Assembly: GCA_964389375.1 (NCBI GenBank)
Contig: CAYMDP010000007.1
Coordinates: forward strand, 8,701 to 72,700
DNA length: 64,000 nucleotides
From: an uncultured Pseudobdellovibrionaceae bacterium
GTDB lineage: Bacteria; Bdellovibrionota; Bdellovibrionia; Bdellovibrionales; UBA1609
Direction of reading: 5' to 3'
Position 1 is the first letter of the stretch. Each line of letters begins with the position of its first letter. Shown one piece after another: positions 27,620 through 36,106 of the stretch. A model generated the notes under the pieces. It saw only the letters and a list, made by a program, of their open reading frames with translations. It ran no database searches and was not told the DNA's origin. A program made the position numbers and the translations under genes.

Positions 27620-28366
27620 ATGCCGATAAAGTCAGTAGTGGACGCAAAATCGAAAGTTCTATTTATTCTATTTCTCTTAACAGGCTTATCTGTTTTTAAG
27701 GCCGATTTGGTCCGTCAATATCTGGACGACCTTAAGACTCCGGTGGATAGAAATATTGCCAGCTCAATTTATGATTACCTTAGCCCTCACGAAATTGAAG
27801 TTATCGATGGAAAGGCTCATTTTCAGTTTGAGGATTTTGAGTTGGATTTTGAAGTCAGTGTCCTCAGTGAGTCTGAGGCTCAAAGCTTGTTTCAGTTTTT
27901 GGCGGCCCGCAAGGATATTGCTTTTAAGTTTATTGCTTATGGATGTGAACCTCGGGCTCATAAAATGGCTCTTTTGCTAGAGGAAAAGAATATCCAAGTG
28001 GGCAAGGTGTTTGTTTTAGGGGATCTGCAAGTTGATAATCCTAGGGACCCAGCAAAACCGATTCGTTGGCCAGAACATGTGGCCCCCTTTGTTGTGGTTC
28101 AGGGCCAAGAGGGTCTAAAGAAATTCATCCTTGATCCTTCATTATTTGATCGCGCGGTTGAGGTCGATACTTGGCTGGCGCTTATGACTCAACACCAACC
28201 CAAATCCTTTCCGTCAGTATATTATACCCCAAGGTTTTATTACCAAGTCTACAGCTTCACGGTCCCAACGAAAAATTACCAGGACTACGAGATAGGTTCG
28301 ATGAAATCAAAATTGAAAGAATACCTCGAGCTTCAAAACTCTGGATCAAGCCCTGAACAAAAGTAG
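27620..28366 (+). CDS. Secreted protein-glutamine glutaminase-like (papain-fold protein deamidase) candidate
   Basis: N-terminal TM/signal segment. YGCEPRAHKMALLL…VFVLGDL…WPEHVAPFV…ILDPSLF…VDTW parallels the catalytic core of Chryseobacterium protein-glutaminase as I remember it (DGCYARAHKM…FVYGNL…WSYHVAILV…IIDPSLF…TDTAW). Confidence 0.6.
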   Translation: MPIKSVVDAKSKVLFILFLLTGLSVFKADLVRQYLDDLKTPVDRNIASSIYDYLSPHEIEVIDGKAHFQFEDFELDFEVSVLSESEAQSLFQFLAARKDIAFKFIAYGCEPRAHKMALLLEEKNIQVGKVFVLGDLQVDNPRDPAKPIRWPEHVAPFVVVQGQEGLKKFILDPSLFDRAVEVDTWLALMTQHQPKSFPSVYYTPRFYYQVYSFTVPTKNYQDYEIGSMKSKLKEYLELQNSGSSPEQK

Positions 28367-28427
28367 ACAGAGTTGAATTCGGAGTGCCCTAGAGTTTTAA
28401 TGTTGAGCACTGAGCAAACGAACAAAT

Positions 28428-29753
28428 TTATTCACAAGACTCAAGATAACCCGGGGCGATGGCACGAATCGGATGTGCCGAGACCGGTGCGGCGCCAGAA
28501 GATTTATTGACCTGCTGCCAATTGATTCCGTCTGAACTAAATAGATACTGGGTTTGCTCATAGTAGCGGCCCCAGGCCTGAGAGATCGCGACATATTGCC
28601 GAGTCATCGGGTGAAAAGAAACCCTTTCAAAATTAAGATAGGTGTTCGAAGTAGATCCAGAGATGTTCAAATCTTGCGAGGTCCAATTGATTCCATCCGC
28701 AGATCTATAAACTTGTCGTCCACCGTAGGCCTTAAATTCAAGACCGTCGTATAGAATTTCACTGACCGAAGGTGGGCCAGGATAATTGCGCCAAGTTTCT
28801 CCTTGATCGTCTGAAATACAGATATCCGTTGAAAGCAGAACGATTCTGGATTCACTTCCGGCAATAAGTCCGTTTCCACAGCCGCTTGGAAGGCTCGTCG
28901 GGCGACGGAAGTTTCGTCCACTATCTCTTGAGACCATTAGGTCCTGAACGTTTCCAGACTGAGCTAGAGAAATAAAAAGACCTGGTCCCTGATCCACAAA
29001 ATATATCTTTCTCGCATTCCATGGAATAAAATTTAAATAGCTGGCTGCGGTCCAACTCGTGCCGCCATCCATGCTAAAAATTGCATCTCTTTCATTTAAA
29101 ATATAAGTGTCGTTGCCGAAGGCGACTCCGGCCCAAGTGCGGCCCTGATGAACTCTTGTCCAAGAGTTCCCATTGCGACTGATCTCAACGTGGCCGGGAG
29201 CTCCCCATCCATATGTCGCCATAAATCCTTCAGGACCCCAAGTGACTCCAAGTGACGAATACTGATTGTGATCACAATCATGGTTGCCACTGCTCTGGTC
29301 CCAACATCTTAGTCCTGCATTTGCGGTTCGATACCCTCGCCATGTTCGACCGCCATCACAGGTGTAAAGACTGGTGTTCATGTGGCCCACAGCCAAGAAG
29401 GCGGCTCCGTTCATCCCGGAAGTTGGCGGAGGAGGTTCGGTTGGCGGCGGTTCAGCAGGTGGTTGAGTCGGAGGCGGCATCGTGGGTGGTGGCTCAATGA
29501 CCGGTGGTGGGACCGGAGGAGGTTCTGTAGGATTGGGAATTGGGTTTTGGTCATCGGGAGGATCATTTTGTGCTGGAGGTGTGCCCTCCGGCAGACCAGC
29601 GGATTGCGAACTCGAGCTGTCGTCGTAAGGCATCGAATCAAAAGAAGGTTGCGAACAGTTATTGAAAAACAAAATGCAAAGCGCACCAAGGATTGCAAAA
29701 GACAATCGCTGTCTCAGATTTATACGCTTCATTCTTTCTCTGACGGACCTCAT
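28428..29753 (-). CDS. Exported BNR/Asp-box beta-propeller protein with an N-terminal polyproline linker
   Basis: Signal/lipobox-like N-terminus (…FFNNC). PPVPPPVIEPPPTMPPPTQPPAEPPPTEPPPP linker. Asp-box motifs TCDGGRTW, SMDGGTSW, SDDQGETW, SRDSGRNF, SADGINW, SSDGINW. Confidence 0.75.
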   Translation of the reverse strand: MRSVRERMKRINLRQRLSFAILGALCILFFNNCSQPSFDSMPYDDSSSSQSAGLPEGTPPAQNDPPDDQNPIPNPTEPPPVPPPVIEPPPTMPPPTQPPAEPPPTEPPPPTSGMNGAAFLAVGHMNTSLYTCDGGRTWRGYRTANAGLRCWDQSSGNHDCDHNQYSSLGVTWGPEGFMATYGWGAPGHVEISRNGNSWTRVHQGRTWAGVAFGNDTYILNERDAIFSMDGGTSWTAASYLNFIPWNARKIYFVDQGPGLFISLAQSGNVQDLMVSRDSGRNFRRPTSLPSGCGNGLIAGSESRIVLLSTDICISDDQGETWRNYPGPPSVSEILYDGLEFKAYGGRQVYRSADGINWTSQDLNISGSTSNTYLNFERVSFHPMTRQYVAISQAWGRYYEQTQYLFSSDGINWQQVNKSSGAAPVSAHPIRAIAPGYLESCE

Positions 29754-29877
29754 ACTGGAATGAGCTGCAATTTATAAACCGGAGCAGGGCAAAATCAGGC
29801 CATCTTCAGTGTCAATTCGGAATTCACTGTCTATCAAGCAAGCGTTTTTTTGATGTCTCAAAATCGAACATCTTCAA

Positions 29878-29942
29878 AACAAAAGAGCCAGGTCTGATTT
29901 ACGGACGCTCTGCGTCCGTAAATCAGACCTGGCTCTTTTGTT
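29878..29942. repeat. Family-3 palindromic element: perfect 31-bp stem with a 3-nt loop
   Basis: AACAAAAGAGCCAGGTCTGATTTACGGACGC-TCT-GCGTCCGTAAATCAGACCTGGCTCTTTTGTT, checked base by base. It lies between divergently transcribed genes. Confidence 0.9.
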
Positions 29943-30039
29943 CCAATTCGAACGAATTTAGAAATGTGTCCTCTGCAATTTCGTCATTTTAATCCCGAAA
30001 AAGCTCGTGCAAGAAGAGATTGTTGGTTAAGCTCATTTT

Positions 30040-30888
30040 GTGAAAATAAAATCGATTTTAGTTTTACTGGTTTTAAGTTTTTTCTTTGGGGCTTGTTCAA
30101 GGCTTGATGTCGCGGTTCGAGTGGCGGATCGGGTGGCCCTCAAGGCGATATCTCGACATTTTGACCTTAACTCGACTGAAGAAGCCGAAGTTCGCAAAGA
30201 CTTTCAGAGCATTTTTAAAGAGGTAAAAAAAGAAGAATTTTTGAAGGTCGCCAATCTTTTTGAGTCCTTCGCAGATCAAGTTCATGTGGAAAAGCCTGTC
30301 GAACCCTCGCAGATTCAAACTTTCTTATCTTCAATGGGTCAAATATTTCTAACAGCTCTTCAGCGCTTTCAGCCCTTGGGTGAAAAGCTGATCGAGATTC
30401 AAGCGGCTAAGGACTTCACCGAGTTCGATAAGTTGTTTCGCCAGAATATTGAAAAAAGCGAAGCCAAAATCAAAGATGAGCAAAAACAAAAAAGTGATGA
30501 GTTCAAACGCATGAATCGCTGGGTCAAAGAAAGTATCGGGGCCCTTAGCTCCGAGCAGAAAAAATCTTTCGTTCCGGCCTTAAAACAGATTGTTCCTCCG
30601 CCGCAGCTTTATCTTCAAAGCCGCATAAAAGTTCATGAAGACTTTGTTCTTGTGCGAAAGGATCCCGAGCAGCGCAAAAAATTTGTCGACAGCTATTTTA
30701 GGGATTGGCTTTCTTTACAAACTCCAGAATATCAAAAGGCGCGAAAAAACTTTGAAAGCTCTTTCGAAACTTGGATTGTTCGCCTGTACGAGGAATTAAA
30801 TTCGAAGCAAAAAAAGCACTTGCAAGAAAATCTTCGGACTCGAGCCAAACAGCTTAAGACGATTGCAGAGCGCGCCCGAACGTCCTAG
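30040..30888 (+). CDS. Lipoprotein, helical, Lys/Glu-rich (function unknown)
   Basis: GTG start and lipobox FFGAC. 282-aa ORF. Confidence 0.65.
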   Translation: MKIKSILVLLVLSFFFGACSRLDVAVRVADRVALKAISRHFDLNSTEEAEVRKDFQSIFKEVKKEEFLKVANLFESFADQVHVEKPVEPSQIQTFLSSMGQIFLTALQRFQPLGEKLIEIQAAKDFTEFDKLFRQNIEKSEAKIKDEQKQKSDEFKRMNRWVKESIGALSSEQKKSFVPALKQIVPPPQLYLQSRIKVHEDFVLVRKDPEQRKKFVDSYFRDWLSLQTPEYQKARKNFESSFETWIVRLYEELNSKQKKHLQENLRTRAKQLKTIAERARTS

Positions 30889-30924
30889 GGCGCCTCAGAC
30901 TAATGCTGCGCCGTGGTTTTTTTT
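30889..30924 (+). terminator. Candidate rho-independent terminator
   Basis: Short GGCGC…GCGCC stem (30889-30912) followed by a T8 run (30917-24), directly after the stop at 30888. The stem is weak. Confidence 0.4.
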
Positions 30925-30992
30925 GTTGCCTTGATTTTTTCTTAAAACAGGCCCAAATTCTGTGACAGTAAATAACATGCGAGGGCCTTGAT

Positions 30993-31589
30993 ATGATTCA
31001 AACTTTAAAACCAGTTTTAGCATTGCTACTTTCTCTCACTTTTCTGTCGGCTTGCGGTATTCAGACGATTCCTCAAGCGCGAAATGCCACCGAAGCCGCG
31101 ACGGCAGAAGTGACCAATCAGTATAAACGAAGAGCGGATCTGATTCCAAATCTTGTCAACACCGTCAAGGGCTATGCCTCTCATGAAAAACAAACCCTTG
31201 AAGCTGTCACCAATGCAAGAGCCAAGGCGACTTCGATGAATATCGATCTTTCGAAAGCGAGTCCCCAGCAGATCGCAGAGTATCAAGCTGCACAAGGAGA
31301 GTTGTCTCAGGCACTGGGTCGTTTGATGATGATTTCAGAAAATTATCCCAACCTTAAAGCCGACGTGAATTTTCGAGATCTTCAGGCTCAGCTTGAGGGG
31401 ACGGAAAACCGAATTACAATCGCGCGGCAGCGACTCATCCAGGAGATTCAAAATTTAAATAACCTAGTCACTGTTCCTCCGACCTCTTGGACAAATTCGA
31501 TTTTTTACAAGGTCGAGAAAATGGCTCAATGGGATGTGGATCCTGCAGAGCGTGAGCAAATTGAAAAAGCTCCTGATGTTAAGTTTTAG
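30993..31589 (+). CDS. lemA: LemA-family protein
   Basis: N-terminal lipobox/TM (LTFLSAC) and the typical LemA segment NQYKRRADLIPNLVNTVKGYASHEKQTLEAVTNARA. Confidence 0.85.
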   Translation: MIQTLKPVLALLLSLTFLSACGIQTIPQARNATEAATAEVTNQYKRRADLIPNLVNTVKGYASHEKQTLEAVTNARAKATSMNIDLSKASPQQIAEYQAAQGELSQALGRLMMISENYPNLKADVNFRDLQAQLEGTENRITIARQRLIQEIQNLNNLVTVPPTSWTNSIFYKVEKMAQWDVDPAEREQIEKAPDVKF

Positions 31590-32325
31590 ACTCTTATTGG
31601 CAGGCCTAATTGGCTTTGCGACTCTTACTTCATCCTTTGTAAGGGCCGCGGATTTTGTGGTGCCGGCGCTGTCTGGTCCCGTCGTCGATCAAGTTGGGCT
31701 TCTTTCTTCTAGAGACAAGGCTCGGCTTGAGGAGCGGATTCGAAGTATTTATCAAAGCGGCAAGATTCAGCCTCAGATTTTGATTGTCAGATCGCTGGGT
31801 GCTTTGCCGATTGAGCAGGCCTCAATTCAAGTTGTCGACGCCTGGAAGCTTGGTGAAGCGACCTCTGACAATGGGGTCTTGATTCTTATGGCCATCGAAG
31901 AACGAAAAGTTCGCATCGAGGTTGGGCAAGGACTTGAAGGAGAGATTCCAGACATCCTCGCAAGTCGTGTGATTCGCGAAACGATGACTCCTTTTTTTAA
32001 AAACGGAGATATGGCCGCGGGCCTAGAAGCCGGGGTCTACCGCTTGGCCTCTATAGTTGGTGTCGGCGAGGGTGATGAATCCGGTTTTCAAGCTCCTCCC
32101 CCTAAGCAAATCCCCGAATGGAAAGTTTTTTTAATGCTTCTGGGATTGATGTTGTTTGGGGTTTTGTTTTCAGCCTTTGCTCACCACCATGGCTTGCGCG
32201 GAAATGGATCCAGCGGATTCGGCGGTCCCTTTGGGGGCGGCGGCGGATTTGGTGGACGAGGCGGTGGGGGTTGGTCTGGCGGCGGCGGTGGTTTTAGCGG
32301 AGGGGGTGCAAGTGGAGGTTGGTAA
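31576..32325 (+). CDS. TPM-domain protein (YgcG-like) with a Gly-rich C-terminal tail
   Basis: The signal peptide starts at the internal ATG 31576 (MLSFRLLLAGL…). TPM core (VVDQVGLLS…ILIV…GVLILMAIEERKVRIEVGQGLEG), a TM helix, then a GGGGFGGRGGGGWSGGGGG tail. Confidence 0.8.
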   Translation: MLSFRLLLAGLIGFATLTSSFVRAADFVVPALSGPVVDQVGLLSSRDKARLEERIRSIYQSGKIQPQILIVRSLGALPIEQASIQVVDAWKLGEATSDNGVLILMAIEERKVRIEVGQGLEGEIPDILASRVIRETMTPFFKNGDMAAGLEAGVYRLASIVGVGEGDESGFQAPPPKQIPEWKVFLMLLGLMLFGVLFSAFAHHHGLRGNGSSGFGGPFGGGGGFGGRGGGGWSGGGGGFSGGGASGGW

Positions 32326-32992
32326 ATCACTCAATCACGCGGTTCCTCTTTGGGCCAAAGGCTATGTTTCGGATTCTGTTAGGACCAAAATTGAACAGGT
32401 TATTCAGGATGCTGAGAAGCAAACCCGACTTGAAATTGTTGTGATGTTTGCGCGTCAGTCGGCCTATACCGGGCATGTTATTCATCTTTTGTGGGCCTAT
32501 CTATTTATATTCCTATTTTTATTGATGTCCTTGTCCTATGAATTTTTAATTCACGATCTCCAGACCCATTGGACGGTCTTAATTTCGCTTGGTCTTTCGA
32601 TTTTAATAGCTTGGCCTCTTTCGAAAATGGGCTGGGTGAAAAGACTTTTGTGCCCACTTCGGGATGAGCTTAAAGCGGTGGCTGAAAAAGCAGAACTTCA
32701 GTTTTACCGCTCAGATTTTCACAAAACAGCAGGGGCCACTGGGGTTTTGATTTATGTGTCCCTACTCGAGAAAAGAGCCATCGTTTTGGCCGATCGTGAA
32801 ATATCAAAGCAGGTCCCAGAGGATTTTTGGCAGATGCCACTTAGCCAGCTGGTTGCAGGCTTTAAGGCCGGTAGCGTCGATCAGGGGATAAAGGCAGCAA
32901 TTGGAGAAATTGCGAGTCTTGGTGCAAAGCACTATCCCGCGCAGGCAGGTAATCCAAACGAGATTTGTAACCGACTTCGCTTTGTTGAATAA
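32312..32992 (+). CDS. Second TPM-domain membrane protein
   Basis: The TPM-like start (VRTKIEQVIQDAEKQTRLEIVVMFARQS) requires a start upstream of the first Met. GTG 32312 has a GGAGGGGG RBS 5 nt upstream. The tracked start 32156 overlaps the previous gene by 170 nt. Confidence 0.6.
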   Translation: MEVGKSLNHAVPLWAKGYVSDSVRTKIEQVIQDAEKQTRLEIVVMFARQSAYTGHVIHLLWAYLFIFLFLLMSLSYEFLIHDLQTHWTVLISLGLSILIAWPLSKMGWVKRLLCPLRDELKAVAEKAELQFYRSDFHKTAGATGVLIYVSLLEKRAIVLADREISKQVPEDFWQMPLSQLVAGFKAGSVDQGIKAAIGEIASLGAKHYPAQAGNPNEICNRLRFVE

Positions 32993-33000
32993 GCAAAGCT

Positions 33001-33594
33001 ATGCTAGCATTTTGCTTTGCATATCGGCAGGGGGGATCTGTGAAGACAGCGGTCCTTTTAATTCTATCTCTGTTTATAGCTCAGCGGAGCTTTGCTGCTT
33101 CTGTTTACAAACAGGCTCTTGATAAAAAACTGGATAGTTATATTCAAAATGGAGTCGTTTTGGGGGGGCAGTCGGGTTTAGCTTTCTCCTTGTTAAATGT
33201 GCGAAGGAGTAACTCAAAGGCGATAGACACCGAGCGTATTGTTCTGGATATGGGAGACCATGAGCTTAAACCTTTGATTAACCGGCTTTCGTTTTTTCAT
33301 GTCAGCATTCAGCAAAAACCGACTCGAGTTGTGGTGGACTTAGCCCAGGTCCAAAAGTCGAAGATTTCAGCTGAAAAATTGCAACAAATCTTCGCAAGAT
33401 CTCCAATCGTTAAAAAAACTTCTCTTAGTTTTGACCCAGTCGACTTCTCGGCGAGTCTTAGCTTGGACTTAGCAGTTCCTTCAGAAATTGAGGTCTTTCA
33501 GATGCCAAGCACCGACCGTCCCAGTCGAATTGTCATAGATATTCGTCGATTAAAAGCCAAATCCAATAATCTTAAGCCTGGGAAGAGATCTTGA
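33001..33594 (+). CDS. Secreted protein with AMIN-like motifs (function unknown)
   Basis: Signal peptide. PTRVVVDL and PSRIVIDI strands resemble AMIN domains. This is a low-confidence domain call. Confidence 0.45.
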   Translation: MLAFCFAYRQGGSVKTAVLLILSLFIAQRSFAASVYKQALDKKLDSYIQNGVVLGGQSGLAFSLLNVRRSNSKAIDTERIVLDMGDHELKPLINRLSFFHVSIQQKPTRVVVDLAQVQKSKISAEKLQQIFARSPIVKKTSLSFDPVDFSASLSLDLAVPSEIEVFQMPSTDRPSRIVIDIRRLKAKSNNLKPGKRS

Positions 33595-34364
33595 AGAACT
33601 TAGCTCTGATCCTGTCCATTTTTTGGATCGCCACTTTTTGCCTTCAGGCAGAAGCTCGGGTGTTTAACTATAAAGAAGAAAGCTTTGCAGTCTATTTTCG
33701 CGGGACTGGGGCATTGTCAAAAATGGACCAGGAAGCTTTTAAATATGGAAGCGGAGATCAAACGACTTTTGATAAGGGCGTTGTTCATCATCTTAGTGGA
33801 GAGTTTGGAATTCTTTATGTTGCGTCTCCCACCCTTAATGTCCGACTTGCCGGTGAAATTATTCAAGCGGGCAGTGTCGATGCAGTAGGGTCTAATGCCG
33901 CCGGGACTAAATTAATGGACTTAAGAAGTGAGGTCCACGCCATCAACCCCAATGTGACCTTCGAGTTTATTTATGCTCAGCAGGCTCAACTTCGGTTTTT
34001 GGCTTATCTTGGTGCAGGCATGGCAAGCGTGACGATGGACAATAGCTATACAATGACCGCAGATGGGACCAGCCTTTACGGCAACGGGGATACAGTTGAA
34101 AAGGCTCAGGCCAGTTCGATCTCTTATCATGGGGGCTTGGGCTTTGAGGTTTTGATGGCGGATACGACAACTTTTCAAATGGATTTGGGCTACCGTCATC
34201 TTCAGGTCAAGGATCTAAAGCATAAAGGGGATGGGATCGTCATCCCCAACACAAACGTCAGCAAAGGGCAGCCTGTCCTCAATTATGAGGGCTCGAAAAG
34301 ATCATTTGATATGAGCGGTCTTTATGTTGGAGCTAGTTTTAGATTTTATATTAAGTTTTTATGA
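33591..34364 (+). CDS. Outer-membrane beta-barrel protein (function unknown)
   Basis: Signal peptide (…CLQAEA), alternating beta-strand pattern, C-terminal GASFRFYIKFL. 4-nt overlap with the upstream gene. Confidence 0.6.
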   Translation: MKNLALILSIFWIATFCLQAEARVFNYKEESFAVYFRGTGALSKMDQEAFKYGSGDQTTFDKGVVHHLSGEFGILYVASPTLNVRLAGEIIQAGSVDAVGSNAAGTKLMDLRSEVHAINPNVTFEFIYAQQAQLRFLAYLGAGMASVTMDNSYTMTADGTSLYGNGDTVEKAQASSISYHGGLGFEVLMADTTTFQMDLGYRHLQVKDLKHKGDGIVIPNTNVSKGQPVLNYEGSKRSFDMSGLYVGASFRFYIKFL

Positions 34365-36104
34365 TTCATAAAGTGAATCAATGATGCTTTTGTATTTTTG
34401 ATCACAAAACTTTCTTTTGACCTTCAAGCTTGGCGTGAGTTCGCCCTCTTCAATTGTAAAATCTTTTTCTAGAATAGCGAAATTTTTGATGCTTTCGTGG
34501 CTTGCGAGTTGAAGGTTGGTTTCGGAGATTATTTTTCGAACTTCCTCTTTGTAAGAGTCCGGGCCTCGACCACTCTGACTAAGAATCTCTTCATTTAAAG
34601 TGACAAGGGCCACAATATATTTTTTTTGATCTCCATGAATCAAGACATTCGAAATCAATGGACTTAATTTCAACAGCCCCTCAAGCCGTTGGGGCGCGAC
34701 ATACTTTCCCCCGGCGGTTTTTATCAGATCTTTCTTTCGGTCTGTGATTTTTAAAAAACCCGTAGGAGTCAGTGCGCCAATATCTCCAGTGCGAAAGAAT
34801 TCTCCGTCGAAGGCCTCTCGAGTGGCCTCTGGATTCTTGTAATATTCTTTCATAACTTTATCACTCTTAACTAAAATTTCGCCGTCTTCAGCAAAGCGAA
34901 GCTCAACATCGCCGATCGGCTTTCCTACTGTTCCGAGTTCATAGGCGAAGGGAGTATTCACCGTGATTGCTGCAGTCGTTTCTGTCAGCCCATATCCTTC
35001 AAGGATTAAAACACCTGCAGCATGAAAGAAGCCCGCGATTTCCGGGCTTAAGGGAGCACCACCAGAAACCGCAAACCGTAAGCGTCCGCCAAGTTGCTCT
35101 TTTAAGTTGTCGTAAACGGCAAGCTTTGCAAGGTGGTAGGGCAAAATCAGCGCCAAGGGCATCGCCTCATGGTTTTGTCGAGATGAACTGACCGCTTCGC
35201 CGACTTGGATTGCCCAATTGAAGATTCGATTCTTTAAGGGGCTTGCCTGGGCGTGGGTTAAAACGCCAGAATATATTTTTTCAAAAATCCGCGGAACTCC
35301 GATAAAAAATGTAGGACGTACCTCTTGCAGATTCGTGCGAATGCGCTCAATACTTTCCGCAAAGGCCAAGGTGTAGCCGTTGGCGATACTTCCCCAGTGT
35401 TCGATGCGACCAAGAATATGGGCATAGGGTAAAAAGCTAAGGGTCAAATCTTTGTGATTTATGGCCGCAAGCCGAAAGACTTCGGTCACTTCACTAAGGA
35501 TCTGCGTATGGGTTAACACCACACCCTTGGGCAAACCAGTGGTCCCGCTGGTGTAAAGTAGTGTTGCAAAATCCTCGGTGCGAATATTTTCGATCCTAGT
35601 TTGCAACTCAGATTTTATGTCCTGACTTTGGCTTGCCCCTTGATTTTTTAGGGACATCCAGGAATGAAGATTTTCATCTTCTAAAGTTTCTTCAGCTTCA
35701 ATCAGTATGACTGTTTGGATCGAAGGACAAGAGGTTTTGATTTCGTTCCACTTTGCAAGTTGCGTTTTGTCTTCGAGGATCAGAATTTTCGCCTGGCAGT
35801 CATTGAGGATGTAAGAAAGGTCCTCGGTTCGCGAGTTTTGATAAACCGGAACCGTTACCCCTTGAGCCATAAGAATGGCCATATCTGAAATGACCCACTC
35901 CATTCGGGTGTTCGAAAGTAGAATCACCGGATCTTTGGGCTTTAAGCCTAAGCGAATCAATGAAAGAGCCAGGTTTTCAACGGCCGAAACATACTCTTCT
36001 CGAGACAGACTCAACCAATGATCTTTTCGTTTAAATTTTAATGCAGTCTTTTTGGGGTCTTTATATTTTGATTCTATAAAGAGCTTTACGATACTGGGGT
36101 TCAT
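34359..36104 (-). CDS. Long-chain acyl-CoA synthetase (AMP-forming)
   Basis: AMP-binding signature LLYTSGTTGLPKGV, and the GYGLTET and TGDIG…DRKKDLIKTAGGKYV motifs. Confidence 0.85.
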   Translation of the reverse strand: MNPSIVKLFIESKYKDPKKTALKFKRKDHWLSLSREEYVSAVENLALSLIRLGLKPKDPVILLSNTRMEWVISDMAILMAQGVTVPVYQNSRTEDLSYILNDCQAKILILEDKTQLAKWNEIKTSCPSIQTVILIEAEETLEDENLHSWMSLKNQGASQSQDIKSELQTRIENIRTEDFATLLYTSGTTGLPKGVVLTHTQILSEVTEVFRLAAINHKDLTLSFLPYAHILGRIEHWGSIANGYTLAFAESIERIRTNLQEVRPTFFIGVPRIFEKIYSGVLTHAQASPLKNRIFNWAIQVGEAVSSSRQNHEAMPLALILPYHLAKLAVYDNLKEQLGGRLRFAVSGGAPLSPEIAGFFHAAGVLILEGYGLTETTAAITVNTPFAYELGTVGKPIGDVELRFAEDGEILVKSDKVMKEYYKNPEATREAFDGEFFRTGDIGALTPTGFLKITDRKKDLIKTAGGKYVAPQRLEGLLKLSPLISNVLIHGDQKKYIVALVTLNEEILSQSGRGPDSYKEEVRKIISETNLQLASHESIKNFAILEKDFTIEEGELTPSLKVKRKFCDQKYKSIIDSLYES

Positions 36105-36106
36105 TA

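Noticed and set aside
29382-29777. 131-aa Arg/Trp-rich ORF, and other ORFs at 29252-29698.
   Set aside because: These are the antisense or shifted frames of the polyproline-encoding CCN-rich tract of the BNR-propeller gene, so they are a compositional artefact.
32156-32311. Tracked start at 32156 for the second TPM protein (170-nt overlap with the previous gene).
   Set aside because: The upstream part is the alternative reading frame of the Gly-rich GGN tract of the preceding gene. GTG 32312 has a strong RBS and gives a sensible TPM N-terminus.
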